A stretch of DNA of 64,000 nt. Source: Pseudomonadota bacterium (GTDB lineage: Bacteria; Desulfobacterota; Desulfobacteria; Desulfobacterales; RPRI01). Position numbers and translations under genes: made by a program. Every line of letters begins with the position of its first letter. Position 1 is the stretch's first letter. Location: contig JBDRRF010000079.1 in the NCBI GenBank assembly GCA_043825875.1, forward strand, positions 160,001-224,000, given 5' to 3'. The notes under the pieces were generated by a model. It saw only the letters and a program-made list of their open reading frames with translations, ran no database searches and was not told the DNA's origin. This document shows, piece by piece, positions 1-8,040 of this stretch.

Positions 1-197
1 ATAACAAATCATAACGGTGAATTAAACTTATAGAGAATTAAGGTCAAACCTTTAATTGTGATTTAAAGAATAAATCTCCAACCGCTGTATTTTTGTGCTT
101 CTTAATCACTAATCAAGGTTTGACACCATTGACACCATTTACTTTAATATTATGCCCGTTGGGCGTTTATATTCATTTTAAATTCAAAACGGACAAG

Positions 198-279
198 CCA
201 GAACCAGGCGTTACATATTGACCGGGAACCCGGGGTGGCCTTTTTCCATTGGGTTCCCGGTAAATGAACTTTTAGAAGC
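198..279 (+). mobile_element. Degenerate integron attC-like site
   Basis: CCAGAAC-caggc-GTTACAT, then a perfect 11-bp stem ACCGGGAACCC (221-231)/GGGTTCCCGGT (251-261), then ATGAAC-tt-TTAGAAGC. R''/L''/L'/R' geometry, with the R' box lacking its G. Confidence 0.5.
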
Positions 280-311
280 AAAGCCAATAATCGAAACCAG
301 GATAAATAACT

Positions 312-1418
312 ATGGATTCTTTTCACTGGGGAGCACATTTTGTAACTGGATTGACAGAAGTTGATGAACAACACCATCATCTTGTCGATATCATTAATCA
401 GTTTAGCAGTCTGCTGGCAAAAAATGTAATACATGCCGGGGATGTAGATCGTCTATATAATCAGTTAGCCGATTACGCTGTATACCATTTCCAGGGAGAA
501 GAAAAATTGATGTCGGAAGTCAAGTTGGATGCCCTTCACTTGAATCACCATATTGATGTGCATAAAGGCTTCCTGGATGACGTTACATCAATCTATTCCA
601 GTATCTCTATAGATAACCTTGATCAGGCCAGCACTTTTCTGAAATTTCTCATACATTGGCTTGCCTATCATATTCTTGGTGAAGATCAGGATATGGCAAG
701 GCAGATCAAGGCTGTACAATCTGGCATGAGTCCGCATGAAGCATACGAAAAACTGGAACAGGAAAGAGATAGCGCTACGGCACCACTGCTCGAAGCATTG
801 AATGGTTTGTTCGAGCAAGTGTCGATACGAAACAAAGAGTTAAAACAACTGAACGAGTCGCTTGAAGAAAAAGTTGCGTTACGCACCAAAGAACTATCTG
901 AGGCCAACCTGCATCTTGAAGAATTGTCTTTAACGGATGTTTTGACCGGTCTCCCCAATCGCCGTCATGCCATGCGGAGTCTATCCAGCCTTTGGGATGA
1001 AGCATTGCAAAATGATTCTTCCTTAGTTTGTATGATGATAGATGCGGATCATTTTAAAGAAGTAAATGATGCTTATGGCCATGATGCCGGGGATCAAGTA
1101 TTAATAGAATTGGCTAAAACACTCCGGCATTCCTTGCGAAATGATGATGTTGTTAGTCGCCTCGGTGGTGATGAGTTTCTTATTATCTGTCCTAATACAG
1201 ATATAGAAGGTGGAATGCATATCGCAGAAATGACCCGTAAAACCGTATCGGAACTTCGAGTACCAACTGGGGGTAAACCTTGGCATGGCAGCATTAGTGT
1301 TGGCGTTTCTTCCCGATTGCCTGACATGAAAAGCTATGAAGAGTTAATTAAGGAGGCTGATAATGGCGTATATGCTGCTAAAGAAGCTGGGAAAAATTGC
1401 GTAAAAACGGTAGGCTGA
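312..1418 (+). CDS. Bacteriohemerythrin-domain diguanylate cyclase (GGDEF)
   Basis: N-terminal hemerythrin ligands (VDEQHHHL, YHFQGEE, HHIDVH, HWLAYHILGED), coiled coil, TDVLTGLPNRR, DADHFKEVND, RNDD I-site and LGGDEF. Confidence 0.93.
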   Translation: MDSFHWGAHFVTGLTEVDEQHHHLVDIINQFSSLLAKNVIHAGDVDRLYNQLADYAVYHFQGEEKLMSEVKLDALHLNHHIDVHKGFLDDVTSIYSSISIDNLDQASTFLKFLIHWLAYHILGEDQDMARQIKAVQSGMSPHEAYEKLEQERDSATAPLLEALNGLFEQVSIRNKELKQLNESLEEKVALRTKELSEANLHLEELSLTDVLTGLPNRRHAMRSLSSLWDEALQNDSSLVCMMIDADHFKEVNDAYGHDAGDQVLIELAKTLRHSLRNDDVVSRLGGDEFLIICPNTDIEGGMHIAEMTRKTVSELRVPTGGKPWHGSISVGVSSRLPDMKSYEELIKEADNGVYAAKEAGKNCVKTVG

Positions 1419-1441
1419 TACATTTTTTAAAAGGTGTACGA

Positions 1442-1499
1442 GCTTCTATCAAGGCGGTTGCAACTGATCGCTGGGGCTGGGCCGCTTGGTGGAATATTC
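1442..1499 (+). mobile_element. Left half of a degenerate attC-like site
   Basis: GCTTCTATC-aaggcg-GTTGCAACTGATCGC just after the stop codon. GCTTCTAT is complementary at 7/8 to TTAGAAGC at 272-279. Right half absent. Confidence 0.4.
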
Positions 1500-1640
1500 A
1501 TCGCGGTAGGAATGCGGGTTACCCTGCACCCACCGCACAGATCCCGGCGTACCCTACTAACGCACCGGGCTACTACCTCAAGTTTTAACGAAAAGATGCT
1601 ATGGCGGATAACAGTGACAAACCATAGCTGAAGGTATCCA
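1500..1640 (-). mobile_element. Group II intron 3' remnant (end of RT/maturase ORF plus domains V and VI)
   Basis: Minus strand reads WIPSAMVCHCYPP*HLFVKT*, then gtAGCccggtgcg-ttag-tagggtACgccgggatct (DV with AGC triad and AC bulge) and ggtgggtgcagggtaacccgcattcctAccgcgat (DVI, branch A, AY end). Confidence 0.85.
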
Positions 1641-1862
1641 TTAGGTCAAGGGGGCAAATCCGCTCTTGACTCACCTTGATTAAAATAGTTCGGTGTCACT
1701 GATTTGCATTATTTTTTTATGGATGGCAGTTAATCATTTTTTTACGTCAATGTCCAACCAGCAAGTTTGGGCAGCCTCACAAGTAAATGCAATATCAAAG
1801 ATGGGGGGAACCGTTTTCAAATTGAAAACCAATATAATAAATGATTCAGTAGAAAGGTTTTA

Positions 1863-2674
1863 ATGTCGAATCAAATTAATTCTCGAAATCAAGCACAAAT
1901 TGTCTATTTCTCCCACGGAGGCGGACCCTTGCCAATTCTCGGCGAAGCCAGCCACAAAGCAATGGTAGAGTTTATGCTCCAGCTTCCTTCCCGGCTGAAG
2001 AAACCGGATGCTATCCTCGTCATCAGTGCCCATTGGGATGAAAGTATAGCAACATTGTTAGGCGCAAGTACTCCTCCCATGTTTTACATTATTATGGTTT
2101 TCCTGATAAAGCTTATGAAATCAATTACCCAGCCCCTGGAAGTCCCGAGCTTGCGGATAGGATAGCCAGCCTGCTGATCAAAAACAAGATATCGGCTCGT
2201 ATAGATCCTCAGCGGGGATTTGACCACGGCTTATTCATACCACTGAAACTGATGTATCCTCAAGCTGATATTCCTTCGCTGCAACTTTCGCTATTGCGCG
2301 GTCTTAATCCGACGGCGCATATAGCCCTTGGCAAAGCGTTGCGGGAATTGATGTATGAGAATATCCTGGTGATTGGGTCCGGTTTTTCATTCCACAACAT
2401 GAAAGCATTTTCTTTGCAAGGAATTAATACACCGGATCCAGCCAATGAGGCCTTCCAAAATTGGCTGATTGAGGTATGTGCCGGCCCAATATCCCAGTCT
2501 GAACGTGAACAATTTCTGATTGAGTGGCAGAAAGCCCCTTCGGCGCGCTACTGTCACCCCCGTGAAGAACATTTATTACCACTACATGTGTGTCTTGGCA
2601 TGGCGGACAAACCGGCTTCAACAATATTTGATGACTACATCCTGGGCAAGCGTGGAGTTGCGTTTTTATGGTGA
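1863..2674 (+). pseudogene. LigB/DODA-type extradiol dioxygenase, frameshifted
   Basis: SHGGGP, VISAHW, FDHG, GSGFSFHN and HPREEHLLPL motifs are split over two frames. Adding one G between 2087 and 2088 restores PPMFYDYYGFPDKAYEINYPAPGSPELA. Confidence 0.85.
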
Positions 2675-2741
2675 GAATAAAGCACACAAATAAGGCGATC
2701 TCCACCCAAGATAAACTTATTGATGTTTTCAAGAGGAATAT

Positions 2742-4295
2742 ATGAAACGTATTGTTGGATTAATTCTCATCTTTGCAGTACTTATCTTCACTAACACAGA
2801 GTTCCGCGCTTATGCTGCTACCGATGAAAATTTTCAGAAGCGCATCTTAGCTTCCAGCCATGCTTTTATGATCGCCCGTGCCGGTCTTCAAAGGGCTGTT
2901 GATTTTGCCCGCTCCCGGTCTGACCTATTCAACCAAAATAATATTAAAAAGAGCTATCTTTTAACACGGCAGGAGAAGCTGGCTATCTGGAATACCTGGA
3001 GTTCCGTACTGAACAGCATGGCTGCTTTGGATACGATTCGAAGTGAGTGGAAAGAATTTAATTTGTTCCCGGATAAATACCGGCGTAATACCTCTTTTAT
3101 CCTGAACCACGCCACTTTCCTGGCCAGCTACAGATATGCTTTGGAATTTATTGAGTTGTCAGACAAGAACTCCAGCTTAAATATAATACTTGACGAGGCT
3201 GTCCCTGAGCTTGGCATCGAAGCCGGTAGTTTTAGCTGTTTCAAACTTCGCTTCCTTAATGCTGCTATTGCAACAGAATTTTCTGCACTCCGGATCATCA
3301 GCAAAAAGTACGCAGCAGATGGAACATCATCAAAACTTAGCACCATTATTGAAGAAGACAGCAACTACATCTGGAAGATGGGTAAAGGAACCGGCTATAT
3401 CCTAACCATAAAAAATGCTTTGGCAGTTGTACAGAAGGCCACATTTGTGGCCTGGTTGCCTGTTCAAAAGAACGTATCGGAATGGATGGGGGATACTAAA
3501 GTGCTTCGCAAAGGGACACACCTTATCTCCGGCGAGCAAATAGAATCAATGAGAAAGCGGCTCCTTCCCGGAGATATCATTTTTGAACGGCACGAATGGT
3601 ATCTGTCCAACATGGGGCTTCCTGGTTTTTGGACCCACGCAGCCCTATACGTGGGCACGCCTAAGGAGCGACGTTCTTTTTTCTCCGACCCGGAAACGAT
3701 AGCATGGGTTAAAAGTGAGGGGATCGCCAACGGCGATCTGGAAATACTTCTAAGCCAACGCTATCCCAAGGCCTATAAAATTAGTACCACACCGCAGGAG
3801 AGCGGACATGCGCCCTGCGTTCTGGAGGCAATATCTGAGGGAGTATCATTTACTTCACTTGAGTTTTCAGGAGCTGCCGATTCAATCGTGGTGCTCAGGC
3901 CTATACTTATGAAACCCGAAAAAGCCGCGGCTATACTGCGTGCGTTTCACTATAGCGGACGGCCTTATGACTTTAACTTTGACTTCGAAACCGATGCTTC
4001 TCTGGTGTGTTCGGAATTGGTGTACAAGGCCTATGAGCCTGGGCCTGGGATAAAAGGAATTAGATTTCCTATATCCGAGATAATGGGGAGAAAGGTGAGC
4101 ACACCAAACGAAATGGTGCGCCAATTCGACGAACAATACGGAACCAAAGACGCCCAGACCGACTTTGTGCTCTTTCTTGACGGCATTGAGAAGGAACAAT
4201 GTGCTGTAGAATCCACACTTGAACAGTTTCGGATAAGCTGGCACCGCCCTAACTGGCATATTCTCATACAAAAGATGCCGGAGAAATCCGAATGA
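2742..4295 (+). CDS. Secreted permuted papain-like (YiiX/YebB, NlpC/P60 superfamily) cysteine hydrolase
   Basis: Signal peptide; PGDIIFER, GFWTHAALYVG, YDFNF and LVCSELVYKAY (His before Cys, permuted order). Confidence 0.8.
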   Translation: MKRIVGLILIFAVLIFTNTEFRAYAATDENFQKRILASSHAFMIARAGLQRAVDFARSRSDLFNQNNIKKSYLLTRQEKLAIWNTWSSVLNSMAALDTIRSEWKEFNLFPDKYRRNTSFILNHATFLASYRYALEFIELSDKNSSLNIILDEAVPELGIEAGSFSCFKLRFLNAAIATEFSALRIISKKYAADGTSSKLSTIIEEDSNYIWKMGKGTGYILTIKNALAVVQKATFVAWLPVQKNVSEWMGDTKVLRKGTHLISGEQIESMRKRLLPGDIIFERHEWYLSNMGLPGFWTHAALYVGTPKERRSFFSDPETIAWVKSEGIANGDLEILLSQRYPKAYKISTTPQESGHAPCVLEAISEGVSFTSLEFSGAADSIVVLRPILMKPEKAAAILRAFHYSGRPYDFNFDFETDASLVCSELVYKAYEPGPGIKGIRFPISEIMGRKVSTPNEMVRQFDEQYGTKDAQTDFVLFLDGIEKEQCAVESTLEQFRISWHRPNWHILIQKMPEKSE

Positions 4296-4301
4296 TATAA
4301 A

Positions 4302-4877
4302 TTGGAGATATTTATGAGCTATAAACTTCTTTTGAAAGACGAGGGAGATATAGATTTAACTTTTACTGAAAACCATGTTGTTATTGCCCCGGTTGACGGG
4401 AAGGCAGAAGAGATCCGTTTTGGTGATATAAGAAAAGTTCATCTTACTCCGGTTCGGAGAACTTCGAATTGGCATTTCCCGCCAGCGTGTATTATTATAA
4501 CAGACAATAACAAATATAAATTTACCACTCGAAAAGGTGTATATCATACTTTCACCAGTATGGCCGAATCAAGCAATGAAGACCTGGATATTATGACAGG
4601 TATTGCTCAGGACCTTCACAAGGTATTAGTAAAAAAACAATTACATAACAACATCAACTTTAAGCTTGGAGGGACGCAACATAAAGCTGTAATTTTTATT
4701 TACCCTCCGTTTGCAATTATTACTGTTCTTCAGTGGAAAGAAACCAGCTTCTTTATAGAATCAATTTGCATCGCGGTTGTGCTTTATGCTCTTTTTTTAT
4801 GGATGGTAAAAGACAGTAATTACAATCCTGAAAGAATGGCCAATGAAGAAGAATATACATCATTTCTTTTATCATAG
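4302..4877 (+). CDS. Hypothetical membrane protein (probable start ATG 4314)
   Basis: 191-aa ORF with two C-terminal hydrophobic segments; GGAG precedes ATG 4314. Confidence 0.6.
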   Translation: MEIFMSYKLLLKDEGDIDLTFTENHVVIAPVDGKAEEIRFGDIRKVHLTPVRRTSNWHFPPACIIITDNNKYKFTTRKGVYHTFTSMAESSNEDLDIMTGIAQDLHKVLVKKQLHNNINFKLGGTQHKAVIFIYPPFAIITVLQWKETSFFIESICIAVVLYALFLWMVKDSNYNPERMANEEEYTSFLLS

Positions 4878-4890
4878 AAGCTCGTGATTA

Positions 4891-4930
4891 TAGCGTTTGT
4901 CAGAATAATGTTCCGGTTCGAGTTGTAGTT
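4891..4930 (+). repeat. Partial copy of the ~57-bp MITE-like repeat (TAGCGTTTGTCA family)
   Basis: tagcgtttgtcagaataatgttccggttc matches copies at 46671 and 53817. Confidence 0.6.
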
Positions 4931-5122
4931 TTTTGTTTTTCCTTTCAGTTGCTTTCATGGTATCATGTACCGGCGGTGTGCCCCTGTGCGAGTGATCCAC
5001 AAGGTGGATATAAATCAATTCACGTTCGTTTAACTGAAAAAAGTCGAAAGAAGTTAGGCTACGTTTTTTCTAAATCATCATAATATTAGCCAAAAACCAA
5101 GTGGGAAAATAAAGGAGGAATC

Positions 5123-6331
5123 ATGTCTGAATTGTTTTCGCAGAAAATGATCGGGAAGCTTAAACTTAATAATAGGATGATTCGCACAGCTTCGCATGAA
5201 GGTCTGGCCGACAGGCGCGGGGCACCTACTGAAGAACAATTTAATTTTTATCGCGCCTTTGTGGAAGGTGGGATCGGCATGATAATTACGGGTTATGCCG
5301 GAATCATGCAAAATGGCAAAAGCTCACTTTATCATATGACCATGATCGATGATGATGAACTCATCCCCGCACATCAAAAAATGGTCGAAAAACTTCATAA
5401 TTTGGGCGGGAAAATCGTCTGCCAGATCGCTCACTGCGGAAGACAAACCCTCTCGGAAGCTACCGGCGAAACAGTATTGCTTGCACCTTCCTCAATTCCG
5501 AATACTTTTTTTAAAGAAGTTCCCAGGGAACTCACCCAAAAAGAAATCATGGAAATCATCAGCCGATTTGCAGCAGCAGCCAAACGCGTTCAAAAAGCAG
5601 GATACGATGGCGTGCAAATCCATGGCGCACACGGCTATCTACTTTCCACTTTTCTTACCCGACGTTCTAATAAAAGAAAAGATAAGTGGGGCGGAAGTAA
5701 AGAAAATCGGTTCAGAATTGTTGCAGAAACACTTAAGGCCGTGCGTGAAGAAGTTGGTAAGGACTATCCGGTTTTAATAAAACTCAACAGTTTTGAGCGG
5801 TGGCATAACGGTATCAAGCCGTCTGAATGTGTTGAATATGCCCAGATGGTTGAAAAAACCGGCTGTTGCGATGCTATTGAAATCAGCGCAGGCAGTGATG
5901 AAGACAGTTTTTATATGGCAAGGGGATACTTTCCCACAGAAGGAATTTTAAAGTACTTGCGGCCATATTGTAAGTTGGGAAAAATCGCGAAAGGTTTCAT
6001 TCGTTATGTGATCGCACCGTTTAATATACTTATTCAACCCCCATTTAAGGAAGGATACAATCTGGAAACGGCAGCCAGGGTTAAACAGGCCGTATCTTTG
6101 CCGGTAATTACAGTAGGCGGTATGCGAAGCAAGGCATTCATGGAATCCGCCATTCGTGAAGGTAAAACCGATTTTGTATCCCTTGCAAGGCCGTTACTCT
6201 TAGAACCCGATCTTGCAAACAAGTTTATGAGAAACGAAAGCGAATCTGCAAAATGTGATAATTGCAATATCTGTTTTGTTGCTACAGACACGGCTCCTAT
6301 TCAATGTCATAAGGATGAGTTTGTTTGTTAA
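5123..6331 (+). CDS. NADH:flavin oxidoreductase (old yellow enzyme family)
   Basis: LNNRMIRTA, QIAHCGRQ, GYDGVQIHGAHGYLLS, DKWGGSKENRFR, VSLARPLL, C-terminal CxxCxxC; AGGAGG RBS. Confidence 0.92.
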   Translation: MSELFSQKMIGKLKLNNRMIRTASHEGLADRRGAPTEEQFNFYRAFVEGGIGMIITGYAGIMQNGKSSLYHMTMIDDDELIPAHQKMVEKLHNLGGKIVCQIAHCGRQTLSEATGETVLLAPSSIPNTFFKEVPRELTQKEIMEIISRFAAAAKRVQKAGYDGVQIHGAHGYLLSTFLTRRSNKRKDKWGGSKENRFRIVAETLKAVREEVGKDYPVLIKLNSFERWHNGIKPSECVEYAQMVEKTGCCDAIEISAGSDEDSFYMARGYFPTEGILKYLRPYCKLGKIAKGFIRYVIAPFNILIQPPFKEGYNLETAARVKQAVSLPVITVGGMRSKAFMESAIREGKTDFVSLARPLLLEPDLANKFMRNESESAKCDNCNICFVATDTAPIQCHKDEFVC

Positions 6332-6358
6332 AATTTTACTTCCCGTTATCTATAAATA

Positions 6359-6973
6359 TCAAGAGGCTTTAGCCATCTTGAATCTTTTCGGCCTTCTCCA
6401 GTAAATATATTCCAAAGCTTCTTTGATGGCTATGTTAATTGGGAATCTCTTAAAACCAATCCCAGGGTTTAATGCAGCTATTCGCATAAAGCTTTCCTGG
6501 TATACCGGAATATTCATTCCTGCTGAAATGCCTATACCAACTCTGCGAACGGTCTCAGGATAACTTTCTTTGATATGCCTGCAAGTACAAAACTCCAGAT
6601 CGCCATAACGGTTTTTGCGTGCTGCAAATCCGAAAAGCCTGCATAAGAGTGGTCTGAAGTAATAGTAAGTGCAGTGTCCATTTACCGGAATGTTGGCATC
6701 CTGTGAAAATAATGCACAGGAAAAATCGTTTTCTTCAATAAGATTTTCTGATCTAAGCAAAATTGTTTCTTCTTCTTTATTTTGAAAAATAGCTTCTGCA
6801 AGCGGAAGCATTTCGAGAATAGTTGCTTCGATCTTTTGGGTTTTGCAACAAAGCCCGCATCCTTTGGGGCAAGACAGAGAAGTTGCACGCTGGATGCGCT
6901 TAATGTTTCGATCTATGCTGCGATATGTCCTTAGGATTTCAGAATTAAGATTAAAGGTTTCGTTTCCGCCCAA
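6359..6973 (-). CDS. YkgJ/UPF0153 family Cys-cluster (Zn/Fe-chelating) protein
   Basis: CPKGCGLCC and CTYYYFRPLLCRLFG motifs. Confidence 0.85.
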   Translation of the reverse strand: MGGNETFNLNSEILRTYRSIDRNIKRIQRATSLSCPKGCGLCCKTQKIEATILEMLPLAEAIFQNKEEETILLRSENLIEENDFSCALFSQDANIPVNGHCTYYYFRPLLCRLFGFAARKNRYGDLEFCTCRHIKESYPETVRRVGIGISAGMNIPVYQESFMRIAALNPGIGFKRFPINIAIKEALEYIYWRRPKRFKMAKAS

Positions 6974-7389
6974 ATCAATTTCCTTTACACTGATTTATAT
7001 TATTATATGTATCACACTGATATCGGAGGCGGGATAATACCTGTATTTAAAAAGAAATCAATAAATATTTTATAAACTAACAAAGAACGAATAGAAAATG
7101 ACAAAGCATATTAAATTACTGATAAGTTATATTTATTCTGCAATTTGCTTATGGCAGGAATCTGAAAATTTCTTGACAAGAATAAGCACAAAGAGTAGGC
7201 AAACTCTATATTAATGCGGATTTTAAATATCGATTACCATTATTCTACAATCGGGGGTTATTTAGTAACTATCTGTTTTTAATATTTAATCTTGCACAAC
7301 AAACATTAGCATGCCGAAATAATAATGAGTTAAACGTTTGAGAAAACTAAAGAGGTTTATACTAATGCTGACAGCTAAGAGGTATAAAA

Positions 7390-8025
7390 GTGGATAAAAA
7401 GGGCCAAAGAAAGTTTTCACAAGGGTCTATAATGCTTTTTTCCATAATCGGTCTTGTTGCAGGTCTTTTAATAGGATGGGTGGTTTTCCCAAAACTTCTT
7501 TATTCAAAGAAAACACAACCAGTTGATTTTAATCATGCTATTCATAACGAACAGGTTGATAACGGTTGTGATAGTTGCCATATCTTCAGGGAAGACGGAA
7601 GTTTTGCAGGAGTTCCAAAACTTGCGCAGTGCGCTGATTGCCATCAGGAAGTACAGGGTGACAGCTCTGATGAGAAAATATTTGTTAAAGAATATGTTTT
7701 AGAGGAAAAAGAAGTTCCATGGCTGATTTATTCAAAACAGCCCGACTGTGTTTTCTTCTCCCATGCAGCCCATGTTAAAAAGGCAAAAATGGAGTGCGCC
7801 ATCTGCCATGGGGGCATAGGAGGATCAACAAGTTTAAAACCATATGAACAAAACAGAATAACCGGCTACAGCCGTGATATCTGGGGAAAGAACATTGCCG
7901 GAACCAAGGAAAATTCGTGGGATAGAATGAAGATGGATGATTGCGCAAAGTGTCATGAAAAAGAAACCGGCAGAAGATCAAGCGTTCAAACCGGCAAGGA
8001 GGCCTGCTTTGTGTGCCATAAGTAA
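7390..8025 (+). CDS. qrcA: Qrc complex membrane-anchored multiheme cytochrome c subunit
   Basis: N-terminal TM helix; five CxxCH motifs (CDSCH, CADCH, CAICH, CAKCH, CFVCH); QPVDFNH and VFFSHAAH; operon context. Confidence 0.9.
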   Translation: MDKKGQRKFSQGSIMLFSIIGLVAGLLIGWVVFPKLLYSKKTQPVDFNHAIHNEQVDNGCDSCHIFREDGSFAGVPKLAQCADCHQEVQGDSSDEKIFVKEYVLEEKEVPWLIYSKQPDCVFFSHAAHVKKAKMECAICHGGIGGSTSLKPYEQNRITGYSRDIWGKNIAGTKENSWDRMKMDDCAKCHEKETGRRSSVQTGKEACFVCHK

Positions 8026-8040
8026 TAAGAGGAAAAACTT

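Noticed and set aside
1397..1631. Two short plus-strand ORFs (63 and 65 aa)
   Set aside because: Antisense readings of the group II intron remnant and attC-like half-site.
7365..7397. Short ORF MLTAKRYKSG* overlapping the qrcA start, as a possible frameshifted N-terminus
   Set aside because: GTG 7390 has its own GAGGT RBS and gives a complete TM anchor; no frameshift is needed.
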